NCBI GenBank assembly: GCA_964016885.1
Contig: OZ024741.1
Span: 164,238,001-164,302,000 of the forward strand
Direction: 5' to 3'
DNA length: 64,000 bases
Origin: Eledone cirrhosa
Taxonomy: Eukaryota
Each line of letters starts with the position of its first letter. Within the stretch, counting starts at the first letter, position 1. A program made the position numbers and the translations under genes. Under the pieces are notes generated by a model. The model was not told where the DNA came from. It made no database searches and was given only the letters and a program-made list of their open reading frames with translations. This document shows positions 40,601-52,257 of the stretch, in pieces.

Positions 40601-41307
40601 AATATACGTGAACGGCAAAGCATAAACGAACTAAGGAAAAAATTAGAGATAAGAGGGATCAGATGTTGTTTACTCGAGAGAAGGCTACGTTGGTATGGAC
40701 ACGTGATGCGCATGAAAGTCGATAGCTGTATAACAAAGTGCAGGGCAATAAAGATAGACGGTAGTCACGGAATAGGCAGACCTAGAAAAACCTGGGACGA
40801 GCTGATAAACTCCGACATCACACACTTACACCTCTCCAAGACAATGTCACTGGACCGAGACCTTTGGCGGTACTCAGTAACAGAGAAGACCCGCCTTACC
40901 TAAATATATAGTAAAACCTACTCCAGCCAGTAGGCATCTCTAACAAAATACACCCCGTCCCACCACCACCACCCCCACCCCATCCACACCACCCCGTTCT
41001 ATGTAAAGTTATGTTGGTGCCGCGCCATCGAGGCCGAAACAAATGAGATCGTGTAGGTGTCACGACAAAAAAACACACAGTCCACGCTGTAATGTGGCCG
41101 TGTAGGCAACACGGTAAAAACCTCCCAGACCCACACTGTAAATGTGGTTGGTGTTAGGAAGGGCATCCAACTGTAGAAAACCTGCCAGACAGTCCTATGC
41201 GAGCAAGACAATCACTCTTGCCTCAAGTGGGACTACCCCCGTCCAAACCCATGCAAGCGTGGAACACGGACGTTAAACGTTGATGATGATGATGATGATG
41301 ATGATGA
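37660..41307 (+). mobile_element. Near full-length RTE-clade LINE (APE endonuclease + RT + PHD-like finger), (GAT)n tail
   Basis: APE: INVGTL, CIQETRW, SAYAPQ, AGDLNGHVG, QVDYIL, SQHRL. RT ORF 38786-40903 with FVDLEKAFD, GVHQGSVLSP, LYADD, YLG, GRPRKTW. Frameshifts near 37865 and 38440, stop at 38759. Confidence 0.93.
38786..40903 (+). CDS. RTE-clade reverse transcriptase (3' open part of a disrupted ORF)
   Basis: 705-aa ORF with all non-LTR RT motifs. Confidence 0.9.
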   Translation: MATDEVCGWSRPVGRRRVTWWWNSKVEGSIKAKKQAWKVWRDGGSREDYQVARREARRQVYLARREAEERKFKHVLQRDDQKREVFRIARQCVKENRDIVGEKCVLNDDGTLAITDADKKVAWKCHYERLLNEENKWEKDSLPHIDPIEGPAVLVEGSIISKAIKDMKTGKAAGPSEIVAEMLKASGTVGHTMVTRIVNQVVQNGVVPKDWHSSIIVNCYKGKGDALDRSNYRGIKLIDQVMKVTEKVIAQLIRERIDLDEMQFGFVSGKSTTDALFIVRQLHEKYLAKGKPLYLAFVDLEKAFDRVPRSIIWWALRKLGVDEWLVRAIQAMYKETVSKVRINNEYSEEFSVKVGVHQGSVLSPLVFIIALQAITEEFKTGCPWELLYADDLTLIAESMAELEKKFQTWKHGLESKGLKINLAKTKVLVCRKENKAAVPSGKWSCSVCRKGVGRNSILCPKCKVWVHKRCSGITGKLTKNIDFTCGRCSGAISSSKCPQNTSSFNCAEGSIEIVDSFRYLGDKISSGGGCSESTVARVRTGWKKFRELIPLLAAKGFSLKMKGRLYDACIRTAMLHGSETWALCAEDIRRLERNEACMLRWMCNSNIRERQSINELRKKLEIRGIRCCLLERRLRWYGHVMRMKVDSCITKCRAIKIDGSHGIGRPRKTWDELINSDITHLHLSKTMSLDRDLWRYSVTEKTRLT

Positions 41308-41664
41308 TATATATATACATACTCACACCTGATGTTCTCAATATATATATATACATACAGGGTGTCTCAAAAAATGTATACACACTTCAATTACTTATAC
41401 AGGCAATATTTATTAGAATGCTGTTGAAGTGTTTATACATTTTTTGTGGACCTTCTGTGTATGTATATATATATATACATGTGTGTGTGTGTGTGTGTGA
41501 GAGCTTGTGTACCACAACATACTGGTTCAACAAAAATGAGTTCAATAAAATAAGAACCAGACTTGAAAAATATAAGTACTAGGGTTGATATTGACTAAAT
41601 TCAAGGCCATGTCTCACTATGGTTGCAGTCTAATGACTCAAACCAGTAAATGAATATAAGAACA

Positions 41665-42560
41665 TAATCAAAAGTTCTACGTAAGGCCCAAATATGTAGG
41701 GGAGGAGGGTGATACGTTTGTATGATGGGGATCGATTAAATCGAGCCCAGTGCATTACTGGTACTTTATATTATCGACCTCGTAAGGATGAAAGGCAAAG
41801 CTAACCTCGGCGGCATTTTAAATCAGAATGTAAAGGGACGTAACTCTACACCACAAAGCATGGTGTCCGTCGCTTTACCAATTCTGCCAATTCACCACCC
41901 TTCCTATATTAATAATAATAATAAATATTTCTAAATTACATGTAAGACCAGCAATTTGGTGGAAGGGGAATGTTTGTTTATGTCAACCCCACTACTAAAC
42001 TGGTACTTTATTTTATCGACCCTAGAAGGATGAAAGGCAAAGTTGGTCTCAGCAAGGTTTGAACTAAGAATGTAAAGAACCAGAATTAAAATCCAGAGAA
42101 CATTTTTTATAGCAATTCTTCCAATCGACTGCTTTTAATAATAATTGTTTCTACTTGTTGCACAAGGCCAGCAATTTGAAGGGAGAAGGGAATGTCAGTT
42201 ATATTGACTCCAGTACTTCAATGATGCTTTATTTTATTGACTTGTGGAAGGCTGAAAGGCAAAGTAGACCTAGCGGGATTTGAACTCGCAATGTTAAGAG
42301 CCAGAACAATTACCACAAGGCATTACTTTCAACAGTCTAATTATTCTATCAAATCATCACCCTAATGATAATAATCATTAATATTTCTTTTACTTTTAAT
42401 TTATAAAAAAATGTTTTATAATTGTTTCTATTTTTGGCACAAGGTGAGCAATTTGAAGGGAGGGCAAAGTGGATTTAATCAACCCCAGTACATTACCGGA
42501 ACATTATTTTATTGAGTCTGTAAGGATGACAGGCAAAGTTGACCGTGGTGAGATTTGAAA
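41665..42560 (-). mobile_element. Cluster of four tandem tRNA-derived SINE copies (Nin/Meta-type core)
   Basis: Repeated minus-strand B-box-like GAGTTCAAAT followed by CTTTGCCTTTCATCC...GTCGATAAAATAAAGTACC and AAT-rich tails. The family name is from memory and was not searched. Confidence 0.8.
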
Positions 42561-42634
42561 CAAGAGTCCACATCATCATATGGGCATTGAAGAAATATAA
42601 GAAGAAATTCAAAGATGGTTAAAAAAGTTCCATA

Positions 42635-42705
42635 TATTTTATTATGCGCATTTCAAAAACAAATATCATCCTGGGACGATAGTTGCGTTCTCATCAGATA
42701 AAATA
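42635..42705 (-). ncRNA. Minimal type I hammerhead ribozyme (family C, diverged copy)
   Basis: tattttat-CTGATGA-gaacgcaactatcgtcc.ca.ggatgatatttgttttt-GAAA-t.gcgc.ATA-ataaaata. Confidence 0.85.
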
Positions 42706-43569
42706 AGGTAACATGATATGATGCCTAAAAAACACTTGTGAACAAGAAAGTGTCCTGTCAACATATGATAAAAATATATAATAGGAGAGAGAAGATTGGA
42801 AAAAAGAAGGAAGAGCGAAAAGGAAAAAGAAGGAAAAAATAACGGAGGGAAAATTTAAGAAGGAAAGAGAAAGGAGAGAGGGGGAGACTTTTAATCGGGA
42901 AACGCTGTCAAAACTGAAAAACAGCTGTAAATAACGGCTAAAAATATATATACGGCTACGAAATATATAAATAAATAAATTGATGAGGTTTATGTGCTTA
43001 AACTAGGTATATTATTTAATTAGGGTTTATATACTAAAAAAATTGATTAAGAGGTGTGAAAATGTATTATTAAAATAAAATAAAGTAAAATAAAATTAAA
43101 TTAAATGATTTATAAGCGTAGAAGACATATGTCATAGTTTGTTTAAATAGAGTGTAATTGAAAAATGTGTGAAGAGTTATTTATGTGAAAAAATATATAT
43201 GTGTGTAGAAATAAGAGTAGTCAAACCATGTCAAAAATTAAAAATTTGCTAATAATAATTATAGATTATATACAAAAAAATTATATATGTGGGAAAACTA
43301 TTTAAATATTTAAATATTATTTTAATCCACAAGTAAATAAGCGTAGAAAAAAACGTAGAAATAAACATATGACGTCATAATTTGTTTACAAAATCTACGA
43401 AGGTTTATACTGATATGATAAAGGAGGGAAAATGAGCGGCTTAAAAATAGTGAGAAAAGAATATAAAGAAACATTAAATATGAACTATTTACATATTATT
43501 TTGTATCACCAAGTAGATAAAGGAATTTGCTAGAGTGATTTAAAGCGTAGAAGACCATATAACGTCATA

Positions 43570-43763
43570 GTAGAAGGAAGACGCAGCAGAGGAAGCCCAC
43601 AAAAATCTTGGGCGGAGGTGGTGAGTAGACCTCAGATTGCTGAAGCTCACGGAGGAGAGGACGAAGGACCGTGACAAGTGGAGAGATGTTGTGCTGAATA
43701 GGACCCGTCCCACCCTTGGAAGCAGGGAAAAGCGGACGTAAAGTGATGATGATGATGATGATG

Positions 43764-43765
<2 letters not shown>
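43570..43765 (+). mobile_element. 3' terminal fragment of RTE LINE with (GAT)n tail
   Basis: Similar to the reverse complement of 45080-45260. Confidence 0.8.
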
Positions 43766-43799
<34 letters not shown>

Positions 43800-43811
43800 A
43801 TACTATAAGAA

Positions 43812-44310
43812 TAAAGGAACAAGGATTCAGTGTTTCATCATAACATATTTAATATCATATTACATATGTTTCACTATCTATCAGCTCGAGGAACGACCTA
43901 TTATTGATCGAACCTGACTCTGTAATAGAAAGGTCATCAGATATGTTTCCTATGTGATCTCGTCTCCGATTCTATGCCTGGAATTCTCTAGCTATTAGAT
44001 ATATACAGCGCATTCTAACAACGTGGTATTCTGCATCAGCTCATTGATACATTGGTGAAAAGCGTGCCATCTCAGGGGCCTAATGAACGAATTGGTATGT
44101 TGAATGAGCAGGCACATGTATGTGCTGTTAGAAGGGATCGTGATGTCTTTCGACGAGGATGAGTTCTGAAACTTCTGAATACATATCTGATGATCTTTCA
44201 ATTACAGAGTCAGGTTCGATCTATAATAGGTCTTTCCCCAAACTGGTCGATAATGAAACATGTAATATGTTATTAAATATGTGATGCAACACTAAATCCT
44301 TGTTCCTTTA
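43812..44310. mobile_element. ~500-bp element with ~135-bp inverted arms, each holding an outward-facing hammerhead (family F; 43856-43945 -, 44181-44270 +)
   Basis: catat-CTGATGA-~60-nt stem II-GAAA-c.atat.GTA-atatg (minus) and acatat-CTGATGA...GAAA-c.at.GTA-atatgt (plus); (TA)n on both sides. Confidence 0.75.
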
Positions 44311-44564
44311 CATAGTATATATATATATATATATATATATATGTAAAAAGTAAACAGAAATAACAACACAATTGGTACAGTATATAGAAGGAATATATTA
44401 GGTTAACACTTGAAATAGCAGGAAAAGGGTCTTGCCGTTTCTGACGATAGACATTCATGACAAGAAAGAACGAGAAAAATTTGACAAAAAAACAAAAAAA
44501 TTCAATGGTGAAATTATGAAATGAATTATAGTAAAAAAAAATTCCTTGTTGCTCAAATATAAAC

Positions 44565-45045
44565 CAATCATCATCATCAAGGTTTAGCGTCCGTGTTCCA
44601 CGCTTGCATGGGTTTAGACGGGGGTTTTCCCACTTGAGGCAAGAGTGGTTGTCTTGCTCGCATAGGACTGTCTGGCGGGTTTTCTACAGCTGGACGCCCT
44701 TCCTAACACCAACCACATTTACAGTGTGGGGCTGGGAGGTTTTTACCATGTTGCCTACACGGCCACATTACGGCGTGGACTGTCTGGCGGGTTTTCTACA
44801 GCTGGATGTCCTTCCTAACACCAACCACATTTACAGTGTGGAGCTGGGAGGTTTTTACCGTGTTGCCTACACGGCCACATTTACAGCGTGGACTGTGTGT
44901 TTTTTTTGTCGTGACACCTACACAATCTCATTTGTTTCGGCCTGGATGGTGTGGCACCAACATAACTTTACATTGAAAGGGGCGGTGTGGATGGGGGGGG
45001 GGTGTTTTGATAGAGATGCCTACTGACTGTAGTAGGTTTTACTTT
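44565..45045 (-). mobile_element. 3' UTR-only copy of the RTE LINE at 37660-41307 with an internal ~110-bp duplication
   Basis: Reverse complement of ~40905-41290; a related piece lies at 50345-50525. Confidence 0.85.
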
Positions 45046-45079
45046 GTATTTAATGTATATAACATTTTAAATATATATA

Positions 45080-46475
45080 TCATCATCATCATTTTACATC
45101 CGCTTTTCCCTGCTTGCGAGGGTGGGACGGGTCCTATTCAGCACAGCATCTCTCCACTTGTCACGGTCCTTCGTCGTCTCCTCCGTGAGATTCAGCAATC
45201 TGAAATCAGCTCTCACCACCTCCGCCCATGTTTTCCGTGGTCTTCCTCTATTGTCTCTTCCTTCTACTGGGATTTCTTGGCTCTTCTTTACCCAGGGGTC
45301 ATCCTCCATGTGCATCACATGTCCATACCATCACAGTCTTCTCTCCCGCACACTATAACTTATACACAGTTTCTCTCTCAACTCATTTATGCTTGGTCGT
45401 TCACACACATTGACATTGCATATCCAATGGAGCATGTTTGTTTCATTTCTCTCCAGCCGTCACATATCCTCTGAAGTTGCTGCCATGTCTCACTACCATG
45501 CAGCATCGCGCATCTCACACATGTCATATAACCAGCCTTTCGTACGCAGGGAGAAACCCTTCTTTGTCAACAGAGGAAGCAGCTCCCTAAACTTCTTCCA
45601 ACCCGTCCTTATTCTAGATACTATGGCCTCAGAACACCCCCACCCCCCTCCCATGCTAATCTGATCACCTAGGAACCGGAAGCTATCAACCACTTCTATA
45701 GAACCCACCTGCATTTGAAAAATGTGTCTATCACTGACTTCTACTGTCAAATTTTCCTGTACATCTACTGCATACGTAGTTTTCCCTACCTGTGAGTTTG
45801 CCTGCTATCCCACTACATCTCTTGTGTACCCCAGATCTGCATTGTGTACATTTTATAGAATTTATGCCAGTTACTTTTCTACATATCGAACAAGGCCATT
45901 TCCCTGATGGAATCAGTTTTGTTCTCTTTTCTACTTATCAACACTTTTGTTTTAGCTATGTTCACTCTCAGTCCTCTTGATTCCAACTGCTGTTTCCATA
46001 GCCAGAATTTATTCTCTAGCTCCTCCACTGATTCTGTTATAAGAACCAGATTGTCAGAATTAGAGAAGTTCCCATGGGCAGCCAGTCTTAAACTCTTCTG
46101 TTATGGCTTGGAGGAGTATAATGAATAAGAGCGGGCTGAGGACCGAACCTTGATGTGCTCCTACTTGTATCTGGAATTCCTCACTAAAATCCATTCTTAC
46201 CCTCACTTTACTCACAGCACCTCTGTATATAGCTTGCACTGTCCTCACAAGCCATTCCTCTACACCTAGTTTCCTTAGGGATCACCAGATGACAGATCAG
46301 GGTACCCTATCAAAGGCCTTCTCTAGGTCAACAAAAGCTAAGTATAGTGGCTTATTCTTCATTAAGAACCTCTCTTGTAGTTGTCTCACTAAGAAGAGGG
46401 CATCTGTTGTACTTTTTCCAGGCACAAAACCAAACTGCATCTCATCTAATTTGACCCTTTCTCTAATTAGTTGCA
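45080..46475 (-). pseudogene. 5'-truncated, decayed RTE LINE of a related subfamily
   Basis: QVGAHQGSVLSPLLF, EFKTGCPWELL, SFRFLGD, RTGWKKFRELLPLL, RGRPRKTWAEVV; (GAT)n tail at 45080. Confidence 0.9.
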
Positions 46476-46669
46476 CTGATTTAATATATATATTAAATTA
46501 ATTTAAGAATAACTTCGCTTAAAAATATTATATTCAACAAAATATAATATTGATAAAATTTGATCAGTAGCGAGTATAATGTTTTATTTTAAATTGGTTA
46601 ATTGTTAATTAATTGTTGTTTTTGTTTTTTTCAGCTTTGGTTTTACTTTGGGTTTAATTTTGTTTTGTT

Positions 46670-49600
46670 TGTTTTTTATATCTAAAGAACTTCATCATAA
46701 ACAATGTTTTTAACTTTTTCATCTTTTGTGTAATGATAAAGATTATTAGGATTCCCAATCTTGAAAGTGATATGTGTAGTGGTCCATGAGAAAATACTTC
46801 ATTTTTAAGAATGATACCAACTTTTTTAAATGTTTGACCTTAACTGGAAATTATAATCTTGTAAACCTCACTGGCTCCTTTACAAGTAATTTAATTCTTG
46901 GTAACAGTACTAATTAATATTTGTACTTTCCATTTAGTATTTTTGCTTCAATTACATTATTTGTAAGGGATTCCACTATTAACCTCATTCCGTTGCATAA
47001 CTTTGGAGTTTTTTTAATTTTTAAAAAGAATAATTGGAGCTCCTTTCTTCAAATTGAATTCATGTGGTGGAAATCCCAATAATTCTAATAAATTTAAGAA
47101 CTCAACCGGAATATCTACTGTTTCATTTGTATCCACTACTTGATCTATAGAATTGTAGCTTCTTAATCTGTTCTACTTTGTTAAGTAACCACATATTAAT
47201 AGCATCAACATTATCGTTTTTAGCAGCTAAAATTATTCTGCCTGACATCCGTTCTGTATTAGTGTAATTAATTGCAATGTCCTCAAAAATAATGTAAATC
47301 AATTTCATTCTCAACACTTTCCCACTGGTAATAATTGTTTCTACTTTTGGCACAAGGCCAACAATTATCCCAGTGTATTACTGGTACTTTATTTTATCGA
47401 CCCTGTAAGGATGAAAGGCAAAGTTAACCTCGGTGGGATTTGAACTCAGACCATAAAGGGCCGTAACTCTTTGCTGCAAAGCATGGCTTCTGACCGTCTA
47501 CTCATACTGCCAATCCACTGGTAATAATTGTTTCTACTTTTGGCATAAGGCCAGCAATTAACCAGTGCATTACTGGTACTTTATTTCATCGACCTCGTGA
47601 GGATGAAAGGCAAAGTTAACCTCGGCGGGATTTGAACTCAGAATGGCAAGGGCCGTAACTCTATACGTCAAAGCATGGCGTCCGACCCTCTACCGATACT
47701 GCCAATCCATGGTAATAATATGTGATTGTCATCATTTGGGATCCTTTTTTCTCCTATTTCTAATAGTTTACTTGCAAAGTCCTGTAAGTCATTATTTTTT
47801 AGGATATGCACTCTCATATTAATTCTTAATGACAATTTGTGGAATAATAACCATAAATGGGATGCCTTGATAGATGCATCTATTTTATCAGCTTTTGTAC
47901 CTCCTGGTATTACTGGAAGTATTTGTCACCAGCTAATAAAACAGCAATACTACCAAAAGGTAAATTATTCTTTTTAATCTCTTTCAATGTTTTATCAACA
48001 GCCTCTAAAATCTTTTTGTGTGACATTTAACTTCATCCCATACTAATAAATTACAATTTTCTAAGGTTATCCAAATTCGACTGTTTTTTCTAATTGATGT
48101 TGTGAATTCATCAAGTATTGATGATAAAAATGGTAATTTAAACATTCAATGTACTGTTTTTCCATTATCTAATAAAGTTGCTGTTATTCCCAAAGAAGCA
48201 ACGGCTATACTAATAGAAACATTCATTTTATTATTTGCTCAAAAATTGATCAAAAATGTTTTTCCAGTTCCACCTGGAGCATCTAAAAGGTATGTTTGTT
48301 CATTTCTATTGGTTATTGAATCAATGATTGTATTGTAAATAAGTCTTTGTTCTTCATTTAACAATGGTTCATTCACATCTACAAAGTTTCTTATTTCTAA
48401 GTGTTCGTTTACTCTTTCAATATTCTTTACTTCTAGTTCTTTATAAGTTGGTTCAGGTTGTCCTATTTCAATCAAAGCCTTTTGTCCTATTTCATATAAA
48501 GGAACTTTAAGTTTGTGTAAAAGTTCACTGTATAATATTTCTTCATCATTTATTTTTTCTTGTTGATTGTTTGTCAATCGATTTAGAATATCAACTGACA
48601 TTGGTTGTTTAAATTCTTCATTTAATACTACAGGATCAGAAGGATTGCAATGAATTAGAATTATTGCAAATAAGCATCTCACTTGGTATGGCAGTTTGGT
48701 AGAAACAGTTTCTCTAAGTGCTAGTTTTAGATGATTGTCATCTTCTAACAACCCCCTGGCCAAACATGCTTCTCTAAATGTATTATAGACAATACCCTCA
48801 TGTGTTTTTACATGTTTGAAAGATTTTGGACCTCTAACTACGTTCAGCAATAATCTGAGACAATAGCATTCTGTTTGATTAGGTGGTACAGTGTAAATTC
48901 TAGAACATGTTTGCACAAATCTACCATTCAATCTTCTTTTCCATGTTTTATTGGCAGTAAGGGTATAATGAGATGGACTGTCCTTATATAAGAAACTTCT
49001 TGCATACTTCTCACTTTTGTTCAATTTGAAGAACGAAATTAAAGTTGTATTTTGGGGGTTTCTAATTCTACTTTCAACATTATTGATGGTGGAGTACACT
49101 CTTTGACCATTTTCTAAATGTATATCCAATTGTTGAACAGCTGGGTATCGCATGTGAATAGTAAATTGAAGGAGTCTCCAAGCAGCCTCATTACTATTGA
49201 GATAATGTCCTGTTACACACTTATTGACTTCATTATGTTGGTCATTATTCCGTATTCTTAGAACGGCAGCATCACTACCTTTATTAAAGTACTTAATTAT
49301 ATATACTATAGCTTGAACAGAGGAGCAAAGTTCTACATTGATATGGTTTTAAATACTTTCAAAAACAATACAATCCTTACAATCCACCTATTGTCAATTG
49401 TATATGTTTTTGAGTTTCTTGTTATTGTTGCTGTTCTTCCTATGTAAGGGATATCATGTGACATCTGTCCTGGTTTCATTAATTTAATATTTTGGGTAAT
49501 TTTTCCTACATTTTACATCATTCACACATGGACATGCTGGATTTAATAAACCACATGAATCATTTGTATAGTGACTATATCATAAGGATTAGGATCATTA

Positions 49601-50493
49601 ATTAGATCAGGAATTTCTGCAGAGTTTACTGAATCTGATTGATTTGGATGAATTGTTTGCTCTAACCAAATTAAGATATGAGCCTCTTTTCTGCCATTCT
49701 ACTGTATATATGTAGGCCTTTGTTTTGCCAAATATTCCACCTCCCTTATCAACCAATATTTTCATAATTTTGTTTAACTTTTGTTTGAAAACTCTTGCAA
49801 TTATGCTGTGCCTATCTTCGGGTTTTTGACCTTTGTATAGGTTCTCCATGATCTCATTCCATTTAGGATTGCAAGTGAATGTTATAAATAAATCAGGCCT
49901 ACCATATTCTCTCACATAACACATTGCATCTTGAGTGTTTCCTGCCAATATCTTGGACTTCCAACAAAAGTAGAAGGTAAAATTACAGCTCTACCTAATT
50001 CTTGTGCATTAGAGAATCTTTTAAAAGCGAATACTCTTCGACCCTTAGCTTGGATTGGTGCTGTTTAATGTACAATAACCATTCAAACTCAATTTTGGAA
50101 TACATATCAACTAAATACATTTGAAACAATTATTTACATCTTACAATTTGATTCCAAGTATTTCTTAGTTGTAAATGATATGCATAATATTGCCTGCATG
50201 TAACGTTCTTATTTGGGGCGTTTGATTTGTATTTGGGTTGTATAAATGTAAATCCAACGAATAGCTACCATGTCCTCCCCAATAAATCAAAGGATATTGT
50301 AATGGCTCATAGGATCTATGTAATTCATTGATTTTCTTTACAGAATGTGGTTGGTGTTAGGAAGGGCATCCAGCCGTAGAAAACCTGCCAGATAGTCTTG
50401 TATGAGCGAGACACGGTCACACGACCAACCTTGCCTCAAGTGGGACAACTCCCGTCTAACCCATGCTAGCGTGGAAGATGGACGTTAAATGAA

Positions 50494-50524
<31 letters not shown>

Positions 50525-51530
50525 TTATATTTATAAGTAAAAATGATGTTTCTTAGTGGAAATTCAGTTCCAACCATTACTAATCCCACATTGTTAGATA
50601 CTTGGTCATTGTACCTTTGTGCATGCTCACCAGCTGGTACTCTATCTGCACAAATCGACAATTAAAGATTTGGACTGTTAACAAAAGATGCCATAGTTTT
50701 AATTTGTCTGATAAACTCACTATTTTCCAAAAGCACCTCTTGGATGTTTCTTATAGTGTGTGTGTTTCAGGAAACCTACTATTTCTAATATTAATTTGTT
50801 CATTTAAATCAAGCATAAAATAAACTCGTGCATATTTAGGAATATTATCAACTGCATTATACAATGAACTTAATTCTATGATAAATTTGACCTTGTATTT
50901 TAAAAACTGCCATGAATCCCGGCAGAGACATTGATTCATCGACTCCAAAGGATGTCATTTGTTATATTTTTTTATATTCTTTAAGAAGTTTTTGGAATCC
51001 AGTGTTTTCCCCTAGCATTAGTGTATTTAAAGGTTCAGGTAGTCTTTCAATTAAATTCAATTTAACTTTACCATTTGAACAACATAATCCCTTAGGTTCA
51101 TCTTTAAATAGTTTTGCACAACAATGCTTACAAACTACTGACATTGTTCCTAACTTTGATAGATTATCATAATTTTTACTTGGATTATATTCAAATGCTG
51201 CATTTGTAAATGATTTAACAAAACTACGTAGTTCAGCATGCCTAGATCTTTTTACTTGAGTTACAATTTCTTGTACCTCACTAGTCTGAGAACATCCTGC
51301 TTCATTGTGAGAAATTCTATTTTATTTTCCTCTCTTATTTCATATCTTTGTTTTTCTGTCAAATTCCCTCTCAACTCTTGGAGAGCTGATCTGTTTTCGT
51401 CTCTAATTTCATTTCTCCTTTGAATTGAGAGCCTTTCCCGTCTTTGATACTCTCGATTTCTTGCTCTCTGAACTTCTTTCTCTTCTTCATTCATTTCCTT
51501 TCTCTTTCAGCGCTTTCTTTCTGAGCTATT
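46670..51530 (-). mobile_element. Decayed Helitron RepHel (Rep HUH + Pif1-type helicase)
   Basis: CKHCCAKLFKDE...CCSNGKV, YGRPDLFITFTCNPKW, VEWQKRG, RYPAVQQLDIHLENGQ, LRLLLNVVRGPKSF, DAPGGTGKTF, GFPPH...KKGAPIIL, GQTF...VFSHG. Many stops and frameshifts; SINE insertions. Confidence 0.92.
47328..47710 (-). mobile_element. Two tandem SINE copies inserted in the Helitron
   Basis: Two ~190-bp units with the same core and B-box as 41665-42560. Confidence 0.85.
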
Positions 51531-51590
51531 TGAAAATTTCCTTACATTATTAATATTATTGTTTTTTAAGTTTTCATTATTATGCGCTGT

Positions 51591-51805
51591 ATTATGATAT
51601 CAATATTAATACAGTGCATAATAATCGTTTCTACTTTTGGCACAAGGCCAGCAATTATCCTAGTACATTACTGGTACTTTATTTTATCGACCCCGTAAGG
51701 ATGAAAGGTAAAGTTAACCTCGGCGGGTTAACTTTGCCTTTCATCCTTACGGGGTCGATAAAATAAAGTACGAGTAATGCACTGTATTAATATTGATATC
51801 ATAAT
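51591..51805. repeat. Fold-back palindrome of a partial SINE plus flank
   Basis: Arms mirror about GTTAACCTCGGCGGGTTAAC (~51722). Confidence 0.85.
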
Positions 51806-52257
51806 TTTCTGAAGTCACCCTGTTGTTAAATGAATTTGTGTCGTTTGCTACAATGGCGAAAAAATATGGATGATAAAGAAGAGTAAGATGAAATAAGAAA
51901 GGTTTGGAAAAGAAAGAATATAGTGGTCCAATTGTTCTAACAACGAAACACCCTGATCTTGAAATGAACGATTTCTACAGATACATTCACTCTTAGCAAA
52001 CGACAATTACTTGTGTGCGTATGTGTAGGTTTGTTTGAGTATGTGCGCATGCGTGTCAGTGTCATAATATACAGCCAATCATGTAGTTATCAACCCCAAG
52101 CAAACATACAGCCCCCTCTCCCCCCCCTCACATATCTCACTTTGTCAGTGTTGGTGGGAGCGAGTCGTGGTAGCAATAAGAGTACATACAACAGTGACAG
52201 TAGGAGTAGGTATGTGACGTCATAAGATAGACAAGACAGAAAGTTTTGAGATAGATA

